NCBI GenBank assembly: GCA_007117035.1
Contig: SKHG01000001.1
Location: 1 to 57,481 of the forward strand
DNA: 57,481 nucleotides
Direction of reading: 5' to 3'
DNA from: Candidatus Campbellbacteria bacterium
Lineage (GTDB): Bacteria; Patescibacteriota; Minisyncoccia; Phycocordibacterales; CSBR16-193
A program made the position numbers and the translations under genes. Below, one piece after another: positions 1 to 8,702 of this stretch (position 1 is the first letter of the stretch; the number at the start of each line of letters is the position of its first letter). Below the pieces are notes generated by a model. The model saw only the letters and a list, made by a program, of their open reading frames with translations, ran no database searches and was not told where the DNA came from.

Positions 1-132
1 ACTTGAACCGAGGGCAGGCGAAGCCGGTTGAAAACCGTACTGCCCGAGTGGGGGTCGAGGGAGTGAGATATTTTTAAGTTCGTAGAACGCAGAAAATATC
101 CACGAGAGTGACCAAGTCCTAGTGGGCGGACA
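1..132. repeat. GC-rich structured element bounded by tRNA-3'-end-like inverted sequence (left end cut off by the window)
   Basis: ACTTGAACC (1-9) is the reverse complement of a tRNA T-arm GGTTCAAGT. CAAGTCCTAGTGGGCGGACA (113-132) reads as T-loop/T-stem/acceptor 3' strand. Nested hairpins 12-45 and 63-103 carry GAA/GTA triloops. Confidence 0.5.
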
Positions 133-142
133 ATTAATAAAT

Positions 143-167
143 TAGTCTGGTACGAAGTATCAGGCTA
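143..167. terminator. Hairpin downstream of holA, probable terminator
   Basis: TAGTCTGGTAC-GAA-GTATCAGGCTA inverted repeat flanked by T/A-rich sequence. Confidence 0.5.
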
Positions 168-181
168 TTTTATTTATCCGA

Positions 182-895
182 TTAAATCAGTAAAATAAAT
201 CTTTCCAACTCTTGTGAAAGATCGTTCTTTCCTCGATGAGCTTCGTGATATATATCAACTAAATAATTTAAACGAACCTCTAACTCTGACTCAGTAAATT
301 TAGTTGATGCTTGTTTAGCTTTTTGGTATGGGTATGACTTCAGTCCAGCCTCTAATGCAGTTTTGGTTTTTTTAGCTAACAGTAAAGTTTTCAGTTGCCA
401 AAAAATTAGGCCGTGCAACTCCTCTGGAACCTTACCGTTGAGAAGTGCTAAGTGAAATTTCTCCCAAGCCTGTGCTTTGTTTCTAACTGCCAGAGCCTCG
501 GTTAAACCAAAAACATTAAACTCATCCTTTTTCTTTTTGCCTAACACTACCGAACTTTTAGTAGAGTACTTTTCTAGTTTCTGTAGATCTGATTTACTTG
601 GATCACTTTCGATAAAAATAAATATGTGTTTGGTTTCAGATATCTCTTTTAGACTAGAAAAAAAGAATTTCTTTTCTTCGATTGGTAATGTGAGTAATTG
701 GTCACATATCACAATATAATTACTCTCAAACAACCCCTGCCCACGAAAAAGACTTTCGAATAGTTCGCGACTCCATTTTTCATTATTAAGACGAAAAATT
801 GAAGAACCAGGCTTTCTCTCAAGAAGCTTACTAGAGAGATTGATGACTTTCTTTTTTACTTCAGCAATATTTTGATCAACAAACAAGTAATACAT
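182..895 (-). CDS. holA: DNA polymerase III delta subunit (short form)
   Basis: GLF motif in the N-terminal part, FNVFGLTEAL helix, and a C-terminal LERFIL ending typical of HolA; directly downstream of polA. Confidence 0.7.
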   Translation of the reverse strand: MYYLFVDQNIAEVKKKVINLSSKLLERKPGSSIFRLNNEKWSRELFESLFRGQGLFESNYIVICDQLLTLPIEEKKFFFSSLKEISETKHIFIFIESDPSKSDLQKLEKYSTKSSVVLGKKKKDEFNVFGLTEALAVRNKAQAWEKFHLALLNGKVPEELHGLIFWQLKTLLLAKKTKTALEAGLKSYPYQKAKQASTKFTESELEVRLNYLVDIYHEAHRGKNDLSQELERFILLI

Positions 896-915
896 GATTT
901 ATAAAATATTAAAAA

Positions 916-3309
916 TTAATTTTCATACTTATTCATCTCTTTCCAGTTTAAACCAATCTCTACCTCAACTGTGATTGGTACTCCTTTAGCATCCTTACCT
1001 GCCAAAGCCTCTTCCATTATTCGACGAATCTCTGGTAGTAAAGTTTCTATCTTTTCATTTTTAATCTCGTAAACTAATTCGTCATGAACCTGTAGTAATG
1101 GAAAAACATTTTTAAGCTCACCTTCTTTTTGCAGGAAAATATCAACCTCAACCATGGCTTTTTTGATGATGTCTGCTTCTGTTCCTTGGATCGGTGCATT
1201 AATAGCCATTCTTTCTGCTGAAGCACGAATGTATGGAATCGGGGAATGAATTCCAGAAAAATACCTACGTCGACCAAACATAGTGGTTGTGTAACCATCT
1301 TGTGCTGCTTCTTTTTTTACATTCTCCATATAGTCTCGCAACTCTGGAAAACGAGAGAAGTATAAACTTAGAAACTCTCGAGCTTCGCTTTGGGTAGACC
1401 CTAGATTATCCTTTAGAGCATTGACTCCCATACCGTATAGAATTCCAAAGTTTATAATCTTTGCTTTTCGACGCATCTCTTTAGTCACCTCGTTAGGCGA
1501 AACACCAAAAACCTCTGACGCAACCCCTTGGTGAACATCACCTTGTGAGTGAAATATCTCTACCAACTTTGAATCACCAGACAAAATAGCAGCAATTCGC
1601 AACTCAATCTGGGAATAATCAAAAGCAACAAGAGTAAATCCTTCTGTGGCACGAAAAATTTTACGGATTCGATTACCTTCAGGACTTCTTATCGGTATAT
1701 TTTGCAAATTTGGATGTTCTGATGACATTCTTCCTGTTGTGGTTCCAGTCTGAACAAAACGAGCGTGCAAACGATTTTTTTCGGAAACCATCTCCAAAAT
1801 TGGCTCGAGATAAGTTGATACTAATTTGGCCAAACCACGATACTCTAAAATCTTTTCTATTACAGGATGTTGGTCTTTGAGTTTTTCTAGTTCTGACTCA
1901 CGAGTCGAGCGTGCGCCACCAGCGGTCTTTTTCTGATTTTTACTAGAAAGACCTAGCTCATCAAAAAGAACCTGGCCGAGTTGTTTGGGTGAGTTAATAT
2001 TAAACTCTCGACCAGCTGAACTGTATATTTTTTTCTGTAAATTGTTCAAATCCTTTTTATATTCTTTTAGCAAAACTTTTAAACTATCAATATCAATAGA
2101 TATACCACGATCACTCATAGACTGAACGACAGGAATAAGCGGTAACTCAATCTTTTTATAAAGCTCTAACAATCCATCATCCTTTAAACGTTTTTGGAGT
2201 GCTGTAGGAGCTTGGTCAATATTTTGAACTCCTGCAATCTGCAAAACATCGTCATTACTTGGATCAGTTCGGTTAGAATCAATCAACCATGTTGCAATCT
2301 TTTGCTTCTCCAACTCTTCGTCAGATATATTTAGTTTTGAAAAATCTTTAGCTTCTTTTTTAACAATATCCTCTTTAGCTGTATCACCTTCTACTGTTTC
2401 TCTTAATCTTTGGTTTAGTGAACGGAACTCAAGCATTGAAAAAAGTTCACTTATTTTAGAAACATCCACTTCTTCTTTCCAATTTTTATTAGGTAAAGAA
2501 AAGTTAATAGGTACATCACGACGAATAGTTGCCAACATCTTTGAAAAAATTGCCTCCTCCTCGTTTTCGGTTAATAAATTAATTATTCTAGGTTTTATAC
2601 CAACTTCTTCTAACTTCTCAGGTTTTTCTTTGGCAGTTTTAATAATTTTTTCAACAGAACCGATTTTCTGAATTAAAGCAGTTGCAGTCTTCTCTCCGAT
2701 TCCCCGAACTCCAGGAATGTTGTCTGAAGGGTCACCTGACAGACCTTTGAAATCTGGTAGCAAATCTGGAGGAAAACCAAATCTTTCTTTCATTCTGTCT
2801 TCGTTATAAAGAACTGTTTCTTTAATACCTTTTTTAAGTGTGTAAACAGAGACTTTATCTTTATCAACTAACTGCATTGTGTCCATATCACCAGAAGCAA
2901 TAATTATTTTAAGATTTTTGTCTTTTTTTGTCTGTTCAACAATAGTTCCTAAAATATCATCAGCCTCAAAACCAGCTTTCTCATAGACTGGTACAGAGAA
3001 AGCTGAAAATACTTCTTTGGCTTTAATAATCTGACTAATAAGTTCGTTGTCGGTTTTAGCTCTCCCAGCTTTGTATTCATCATAAGCGTCGTGACGATAA
3101 GTTGGTTCTGGCACATCAAAACAAGCCACGATGTAATGGGGCTTAAAGTCGTTTACAATCTTCATAAGCATTGTTGAGAGTCCGTAGAGTGCACCTGTTG
3201 CTTCACCTCGACTCGAGGAAAAATTTGGTAAAGCGTGATAAGCTCGATGCAAAATAGCGTGAGCATCTAAAAGAACTAGAGTTTTTTCATTTTGTTTTTT
3301 ATTTATCAT
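916..3309 (-). CDS. polA: DNA polymerase I (5'-3' exonuclease + polymerase; 3'-5' exonuclease region largely deleted)
   Basis: LLDAHAILHRAYHA, GFEADD, GDPSDNIPGV, TTTGRMSS, DYSQIELR, INFGILYG and QVHDEL motifs. Confidence 0.97.
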   Translation of the reverse strand: MINKKQNEKTLVLLDAHAILHRAYHALPNFSSSRGEATGALYGLSTMLMKIVNDFKPHYIVACFDVPEPTYRHDAYDEYKAGRAKTDNELISQIIKAKEVFSAFSVPVYEKAGFEADDILGTIVEQTKKDKNLKIIIASGDMDTMQLVDKDKVSVYTLKKGIKETVLYNEDRMKERFGFPPDLLPDFKGLSGDPSDNIPGVRGIGEKTATALIQKIGSVEKIIKTAKEKPEKLEEVGIKPRIINLLTENEEEAIFSKMLATIRRDVPINFSLPNKNWKEEVDVSKISELFSMLEFRSLNQRLRETVEGDTAKEDIVKKEAKDFSKLNISDEELEKQKIATWLIDSNRTDPSNDDVLQIAGVQNIDQAPTALQKRLKDDGLLELYKKIELPLIPVVQSMSDRGISIDIDSLKVLLKEYKKDLNNLQKKIYSSAGREFNINSPKQLGQVLFDELGLSSKNQKKTAGGARSTRESELEKLKDQHPVIEKILEYRGLAKLVSTYLEPILEMVSEKNRLHARFVQTGTTTGRMSSEHPNLQNIPIRSPEGNRIRKIFRATEGFTLVAFDYSQIELRIAAILSGDSKLVEIFHSQGDVHQGVASEVFGVSPNEVTKEMRRKAKIINFGILYGMGVNALKDNLGSTQSEAREFLSLYFSRFPELRDYMENVKKEAAQDGYTTTMFGRRRYFSGIHSPIPYIRASAERMAINAPIQGTEADIIKKAMVEVDIFLQKEGELKNVFPLLQVHDELVYEIKNEKIETLLPEIRRIMEEALAGKDAKGVPITVEVEIGLNWKEMNKYEN

Positions 3310-3313
3310 AAAA

Positions 3314-3766
3314 TTATTTCAGTCCTTTTATATTCACCACTCTCTGATCCCCTTCCCCAACTTGAAACTCAATCTCGATTACATTTTCTGGAATTACCTC
3401 ACGAACCTTCTCTGGCCACTCCAAAGCAATAAGAGAACCCGGCTCACTTAATCTATCTATCCATTCAAGGTTCTGGAGTTCTTTTCCGTTTTCCAAACGG
3501 TAACAATCTATGTGAACTAATTTCGAAAAAATTTTGTGTTTAGTTTTATAGCGCCTTTCAATCACAAAAGTTGGACTGGTCACATCTTCACTAACACACA
3601 GCTTTTCAGCCAAAGCCTTAACAAAGGTTGTTTTACCAGCACCGAGCTCACCCGAGAGTGTCACCAGAGTTGCTTGATTTGTTTTTTCTACCACTTCACT
3701 AAGTATTTCAAGAACATCCCAAGCCATTTTTTCAGTATCTTTTGTGTTCTTTAGATTTCTTTCCAT
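3314..3766 (-). CDS. tsaE: tRNA t6A biosynthesis ATPase TsaE
   Basis: LSGELGAGKTTF, VTSPTF, HIDCYRL and EWPE motifs. Confidence 0.95.
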   Translation of the reverse strand: MERNLKNTKDTEKMAWDVLEILSEVVEKTNQATLVTLSGELGAGKTTFVKALAEKLCVSEDVTSPTFVIERRYKTKHKIFSKLVHIDCYRLENGKELQNLEWIDRLSEPGSLIALEWPEKVREVIPENVIEIEFQVGEGDQRVVNIKGLK

Positions 3767-3783
3767 TACAACAGTATAACAAA

Positions 3784-3815
3784 AAAGAGCCGTATCTCGT
3801 AGGATACGGCTCTTT
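3784..3815. terminator. Intrinsic terminator after the 3830-4384 lipoprotein gene
   Basis: AAAGAGCCGTATC-N6-GATACGGCTCTTT inverted repeat. Confidence 0.8.
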
Positions 3816-3829
3816 GCTAAAAGCCTAAT

Positions 3830-4384
3830 TTAATACCTCGGGGGTGGCCACTTTCCGAGGTAGGCCAAGAACGGTGGCGGAGCCGTTAAGTAGTGAAGTT
3901 GAGTCACTCCAACAGCTTGTTGACCTTTAAAAGGTCCACGCAGACCATACTGACCACCACTAAGACCTGTGGTAGACATAGTGTTCCTTAAACCCCTTCT
4001 GGGATTATAGTTGAACACGAAGGCTGCATGTTCTGTTGGTTTTTCGATATCGTCAAGAAAAAGAAACCTTTTTGTCTCCTTTTTTCCTTTATCAAAATCA
4101 ACAAACACACTTTGACCTGGTTGAATTAGTCTCTGGAGTGATCTTTTCTCCAAAGCCTCTTCAGCTGACGCCTGGGACATCTGACCAGTCCGTACCAGCA
4201 AATCCAGTTGCTGTATCAACGGGTCAGCTTTTATATCCTGAGGATACTGAATAACTGGAACAAACCAAATTGGTTCGTTAGTGTTGTTTATAAACACAAC
4301 CCGAGGGTCTGATACTGTCTGGCAACCTGAGAATATAATCGCAACCATGGTCACGAATACAAACAGAATAATCTTTTTTTTCAT
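3830..4384 (-). CDS. Orphan putative lipoprotein
   Basis: MKKK + hydrophobic stretch + lipobox FSGC; strong AGGAGG, own promoter and terminator. Confidence 0.8.
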   Translation of the reverse strand: MKKKIILFVFVTMVAIIFSGCQTVSDPRVVFINNTNEPIWFVPVIQYPQDIKADPLIQQLDLLVRTGQMSQASAEEALEKRSLQRLIQPGQSVFVDFDKGKKETKRFLFLDDIEKPTEHAAFVFNYNPRRGLRNTMSTTGLSGGQYGLRGPFKGQQAVGVTQLHYLTAPPPFLAYLGKWPPPRY

Positions 4385-4460
4385 AATTCCTCCTTTTTTG
4401 TTTTTGTTTTTGTTTTAAAGAACTAGAATATAGTATACAACTAACATCTTACTTTGTCAA
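4385..4460 (-). promoter_or_regulatory. sigma70 promoter, boxA-like motif and RBS
   Basis: TTGACA (4460-4455), 17 nt, TATACT (4437-4432), then GTTCTTTAAAA, an A-tract and AAGGAGG-AATT-ATG. Confidence 0.8.
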
Positions 4461-4467
4461 TAAGAAA

Positions 4468-4512
4468 ACCGGCAACCTGATTCTGTCTTTGACAGAATCA
4501 AGATTGCCGGTT
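4468..4512. terminator. Long hairpin/terminator between the two lipoprotein genes
   Basis: AACCGGCAAcCTGATTCTGTC-loop-GACAGAATCAAGATTGCCGGTT, ~20-bp imperfect inverted repeat. Confidence 0.75.
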
Positions 4513-4521
4513 GTTTAACCA

Positions 4522-4974
4522 CTACCATCGACTACGACGGTGTTGCAGTCGATGTTCGGGGGAACCTGCGGCTGGTCGATACCCCTCAACAACCCAAGTA
4601 TATCCTGGGATGAGATTACCTCTCCGGTCGTAGAAAACAAACTCCTCTACGGCAACTCCCCGATATTCTCCAGTTTGAGTATCTCGTGCATGGAGAGTTA
4701 TGGCTAACTTTCTGTAGTCATGACTCAACCAGCGCCTAGGAACCAAAGCACGGTCACCAGACCTCAACACAACCGCCTCATCTTCAGTGGTGAAATCCCT
4801 ATGATCTCGCAAGACCACAAGTTCCACACCTGTAGAGGGGTGTAGGTTGTTGTATACCGCAACTCCCGGCTGACCCGGAAGCAGGGCGCCTGAAAGTGAA
4901 ACACCTCCAGTTGCACAACCCGACACAAATACCGCGATTAGAATCGCGACGATTGAAATAATACTTTTTTTCAT
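4522..4974 (-). CDS. Orphan putative lipoprotein
   Basis: MKKS + hydrophobic stretch + lipobox VSGC; strong AGGAGG; leader nearly duplicates that of 3830-4384. Confidence 0.8.
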   Translation of the reverse strand: MKKSIISIVAILIAVFVSGCATGGVSLSGALLPGQPGVAVYNNLHPSTGVELVVLRDHRDFTTEDEAVVLRSGDRALVPRRWLSHDYRKLAITLHARDTQTGEYRGVAVEEFVFYDRRGNLIPGYTWVVEGYRPAAGSPEHRLQHRRSRW

Positions 4975-5050
4975 AATTCCTCCTTTTTTTGTTTTTGTTT
5001 TAATGAACTATAGCTTCATTATGTATATCACACATTATATTTTATGTCAA
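4975..5050 (-). promoter_or_regulatory. sigma70 promoter, boxA-like motif and RBS
   Basis: TTGACA (5050-5045), 17 nt, TATACA, then GTTCATTAAAA, an A-tract and AAGGAGG-AATT-ATG. Confidence 0.7.
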
Positions 5051-5070
5051 GCTTATTTATATATTTACTA

Positions 5071-5099
5071 TTGACAAAGTTTGGTGTGTGGTGTATGCT
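5071..5099 (+). promoter_or_regulatory. sigma70 promoter giving a leaderless mRNA
   Basis: TTGACA (5071-5076), 17 nt, TATGCT (5094-5099), ATG 8 nt later. Confidence 0.7.
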
Positions 5100-5107
5100 T
5101 TATTCAG

Positions 5108-5536
5108 ATGAACACGTACATTAAAACAGTCATATTACTTCTCTTAGCCTCCTTTGTTGGGGTTGGAGCAGTACAAGCAAGTATTCTTGAGAGAATAAAC
5201 GTTGCGACCCATCGGGTTGCAACTCAGGATGGATATGGGACAGTTGTGGTTAGAGATAGTTACACTATTTCTTCTCGAGCTCATGTTCGGGTGAGGAGTG
5301 GCTTGGATTATCAACGCCCTTCACGAACAACTGAAGTTCGTAGAGATAGAGTTATCCAGTCCAGCCCCAGAACAGAGGCACGGATTGATCGCAGACGCTC
5401 GGACAGATCGAGTGTTTACACCCACACTGAAACTATTCACAGACGGACAACCACCGTGACCCCACCCTCAAACAGACAAAGGTCTTCTTGGGGAGACAGA
5501 GGTCCACGGACAAGGACAGTCCGCATCACTGAATAA
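5108..5536 (+). CDS. Secreted Arg/Ser/Thr-rich orphan protein (start revised to ATG 5108)
   Basis: Signal peptide ending AVQA; strongly basic low-complexity mature region; promoter upstream and terminator downstream. Confidence 0.7.
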   Translation: MNTYIKTVILLLLASFVGVGAVQASILERINVATHRVATQDGYGTVVVRDSYTISSRAHVRVRSGLDYQRPSRTTEVRRDRVIQSSPRTEARIDRRRSDRSSVYTHTETIHRRTTTVTPPSNRQRSSWGDRGPRTRTVRITE

Positions 5537-5546
5537 CTTGCTACAC

Positions 5547-5580
5547 AATCGCCACACTACTAGATAGTGTGGCGATTTTT
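5547..5580 (+). terminator. Intrinsic terminator
   Basis: AATCGCCACACTA-CTAGA-TAGTGTGGCGATT followed by a T-run. Confidence 0.85.
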
Positions 5581-5622
5581 ATATTGGTTAAAATTCTCCA
5601 AGTAATGTAAAATACTAATATT

Positions 5623-7293
5623 ATGATTCATTTTGATGACAAAGACCAAAATGCCTCACTTTCAAAGTTTAGAAGGAAGGAGCAAGAATATTTAGCAGAA
5701 AGACTAGCCAATAAACATGGTTTGCAGTACACCGATCTTTCTATTATTCCCATAAACAGCAATGCTGTTGCTATGGTTCCCGAAGAAGAATCCAGAGATG
5801 CAAAGGTTGTTGTTTTCAACAAAGTGAACAAAAAAATTAATATAGCTGTTTTGTCACCCGAAATTGATAAGACAAAACAATTAATAAAAAAACTAGAAGG
5901 GCAAGGATTTTTGTTAGAAATTTTTGTAGTTTCTGAAGAAAGTCTAAAAAACGGCTGGGCTATTTACAAAGAATTTTCTAAAACTGAAAAAAGTGAGGAG
6001 GGTTCTTTCTCAGTTTCACCTGAAAGAATAAAAGAGATTGCAGAAAGTCTAAAAGACATTGCTTCAATCACTGAAAAAGTAGAGGCTCTGATTAACGCAA
6101 AAGATACTAAAAGAAACACAACATATCTTTTAGAATTGATTATGGCAGGGGCTTTGTCTATTGAAGCATCTGATATTCATTTTGAGCCAGGTGAAGAAAG
6201 TGCTCGTCTAAGGTACAGACTAGACGGGGTGTTGGTTCAGATCTCGGCTATCCCTATTGATGTGTACAACTTTATTCTTTCTAGAATAAAGTTACTTTCC
6301 GGTTTAAAACTTAATGCCAGCAAAGCTCAGGACGGAAGGTTTAGTATATCTTTCGGAGAACTAGACATCGAGATTCGTTCCTCAATTATTCCAAACGCTG
6401 GTAGTGAGTCAATCGTACTTCGAATACTCAACCCAGAGTCAATTAAAGTACCTCTTGAAGAATTAGGTATGCATCCTAAACTTTTAACAATTTACCAAAA
6501 AGAAATTAAAAAACCCCACGGAATGATCCTTACAACCGGACCAACTGGTTCAGGAAAAACCACTACCCTTTATGCTTCTTTGCAAAAAATATATTCAGAC
6601 GAAACAAAAGTTATAACAATCGAAAACCCAATTGAGTATCACTTAGACGGTATTGTTCAGACACAAACTGATGAAAAATATGGTTTTGCTGAAGGTCTTC
6701 GTTCTGCTTTAAGACAAGACCCTGATGTAATCATGGTTGGTGAGATTCGAGACCAAGAGACAGCCGAGACTGCAATTAATGCATCTCTAACAGGTCACTT
6801 GGTTTTTTCCACCCTACACACCAACACCGCAGCAGGAACATTTCCCCGATTGATAGATTTAGGTGTAAACCCAAAAATTATAACCTCAGCCTTAAATCTT
6901 TCGTTGGCACAAAGACTTATTAGAAAACTTTGCTCAAACTGTAAAAAAGAAAGAGAAACAACAGAAGAAGAGAAGGAAAAAATAAATAAAATCCTAGATA
7001 ATATTAAAGATAAAAGCTATATTGAAGAAATAGATAACACAAACAGTGTCTACGGTCCTGTAGGGTGCGAGAAGTGTAACAATCTGGGATACAAAGGTCG
7101 AGTTGGAATATACGAAGCAATCATATCAACCGAAGCTGTGGAAAAAGTCATCTTAGGAAACCCTAGTGAGAGAGAAATCTTAGAAGCTTCTCAGGAACAA
7201 AACATTCCTAATATGCTTGAGGACGGTATTTTAAAAGTTCTAAATGGTATAACTTCTTTAGAAGAGTTGGAGAGTGAAGTTTCTTTAGACTAA
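5623..7293 (+). CDS. pilB: Type IV pilus/T2SS assembly ATPase (GspE/PilB family)
   Basis: ASDIHFEP, AQDGRF, GPTGSGKTT, LRQDPDVIMVGEIRD, TGHLVFSTLHTN and CxxC...CxxC motifs. Confidence 0.92.
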   Translation: MIHFDDKDQNASLSKFRRKEQEYLAERLANKHGLQYTDLSIIPINSNAVAMVPEEESRDAKVVVFNKVNKKINIAVLSPEIDKTKQLIKKLEGQGFLLEIFVVSEESLKNGWAIYKEFSKTEKSEEGSFSVSPERIKEIAESLKDIASITEKVEALINAKDTKRNTTYLLELIMAGALSIEASDIHFEPGEESARLRYRLDGVLVQISAIPIDVYNFILSRIKLLSGLKLNASKAQDGRFSISFGELDIEIRSSIIPNAGSESIVLRILNPESIKVPLEELGMHPKLLTIYQKEIKKPHGMILTTGPTGSGKTTTLYASLQKIYSDETKVITIENPIEYHLDGIVQTQTDEKYGFAEGLRSALRQDPDVIMVGEIRDQETAETAINASLTGHLVFSTLHTNTAAGTFPRLIDLGVNPKIITSALNLSLAQRLIRKLCSNCKKERETTEEEKEKINKILDNIKDKSYIEEIDNTNSVYGPVGCEKCNNLGYKGRVGIYEAIISTEAVEKVILGNPSEREILEASQEQNIPNMLEDGILKVLNGITSLEELESEVSLD

Positions 7294-7511
7294 AAATCAT
7301 CTTCAGCATCAACACCATCATCCTCTTCCCAATCACTTTCTGAATCAGATTCTTTTTCTGAAACATTTTCACTTTCTTCGTGTTCGCTTTTTTGTCCACG
7401 AAGAAATTGGTCCCAATCTTCCTCAACTTCACTATCCTCCACAGATAAGTCCTCTGTTTCATCATCGACATTTAAACTATCATTAAAAAGAAAATCTTCT
7501 GGTGCTTCCAT
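7290..7511 (-). CDS. Small, very acidic hypothetical protein
   Basis: 73 aa, D/E-dominated; ATG after an AT-rich leader; converges on pilB. Confidence 0.65.
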   Translation of the reverse strand: MEAPEDFLFNDSLNVDDETEDLSVEDSEVEEDWDQFLRGQKSEHEESENVSEKESDSESDWEEDDGVDAEDDF

Positions 7512-7640
7512 AAATTTAAATAATATTATTAAAAACTAACTAAAAACCAGAACCTCTGATTTACTAGAATATATTTTTAACAAACTATTTTGAGCAAATC
7601 AAGACTGTGGAAAACTTTATTCCAGAAAAAACAAAATAAT

Positions 7641-8144
7641 CTAAATTCTGTTGTATCTATAATGTGAGCTCGCGGTTAAGGCAATAGCAATAGCATCATA
7701 TTCATCATCAAATTTAATGTTCTTTGGACAATTTACCAAACACTCGACCATTTTTATAATTTCCTGCTTTCCACTCCGACCGTTACCAGTTACAGACATT
7801 TTTATCTGCAAAGGAGAGTATTCTTCCACTTCCAAAGAAGCTAGAGATGCTTGAAAAAGCAAAACCCCTCGAGCTTCAGCGACCTGTAAGGCTGTCTTAA
7901 CATTTTTGTTAAAAAAAAGACCCTCAATTGAAAATATTTGTGGTTTATATTTTTTTATAACATCAGACGTCTCAATACCAAGTTTTAAAAGTCTTTTGTC
8001 GTGATCTATGTCAGCTGATGTTTCAATACAAGTTGAAAACTTTAAAACGTCTCCGTTTTTAGTTTTTTCCAAAATAGCCAAACCAATGCGCTGATAACCT
8101 GGATCAACTCCAAGTATCGTTATTTTTTCATTTTCTTTATTCAT
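7641..8144 (-). CDS. ruvC: Holliday junction resolvase RuvC (start revised to ATG 8144)
   Basis: ILGVDPG, IEGLFF, EARGV, PLQIK...TGNG and DDEYDAIAIA motifs. Confidence 0.95.
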   Translation of the reverse strand: MNKENEKITILGVDPGYQRIGLAILEKTKNGDVLKFSTCIETSADIDHDKRLLKLGIETSDVIKKYKPQIFSIEGLFFNKNVKTALQVAEARGVLLFQASLASLEVEEYSPLQIKMSVTGNGRSGKQEIIKMVECLVNCPKNIKFDDEYDAIAIALTASSHYRYNRI

Positions 8145-8676
8145 CAACTTTTTTGTTTGTGTAGACGACTTGAACATCATCATTTTCCTCCAAAACTTCA
8201 ATTATGTTGTCTATTTTTTTACTGTCCTCTAAAGAAACAGGTATGGTTGTTGTTGGGGACCAGCCGTCATCTGTTTTTTCAAAGGCCCAAGACGCAGAAC
8301 CCGGCTGAGCTAAATCCAGACCGTTTTTAGAAAGAGCACTTTTTACTTCAGCGGCAGTTCTGTTTCTATTGTCAGTTAAACCTTCGATAATCAATGCACT
8401 ACCGCCTGGACCATACGCTTCATAACGAACATACTCCATGTCTGTTGCATTCTTATCTGAGGCTTTTTTAACAGCTCTTTCAATATTATCGTTTGGCATA
8501 TTAAAAGATTTAGCTTTTTCAATAATATTTTTAAGTGAGGCTGAGTTTAGATCTCCCCCTACCTTCTTAGCCTCGACAGTTATTAATCTAGCCATCTTGG
8601 AAAAGATCTTGCTTTTTTCTCCATCAGTCGCTGCTTTTTTATGCTTTATCTTTGACCATTTATTATGTCCAGACAT
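8137..8676 (-). CDS. yebC: YebC/PmpR family protein (short form)
   Basis: MSGHNKWSKIKHKK, YEAYGPGG, TDNRNRT and DDVQVVYTN motifs. Confidence 0.95.
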   Translation of the reverse strand: MSGHNKWSKIKHKKAATDGEKSKIFSKMARLITVEAKKVGGDLNSASLKNIIEKAKSFNMPNDNIERAVKKASDKNATDMEYVRYEAYGPGGSALIIEGLTDNRNRTAAEVKSALSKNGLDLAQPGSASWAFEKTDDGWSPTTTIPVSLEDSKKIDNIIEVLEENDDVQVVYTNKKVDE

Positions 8677-8702
8677 ATTTTATATATTTTATTAACTAAT
8701 AA

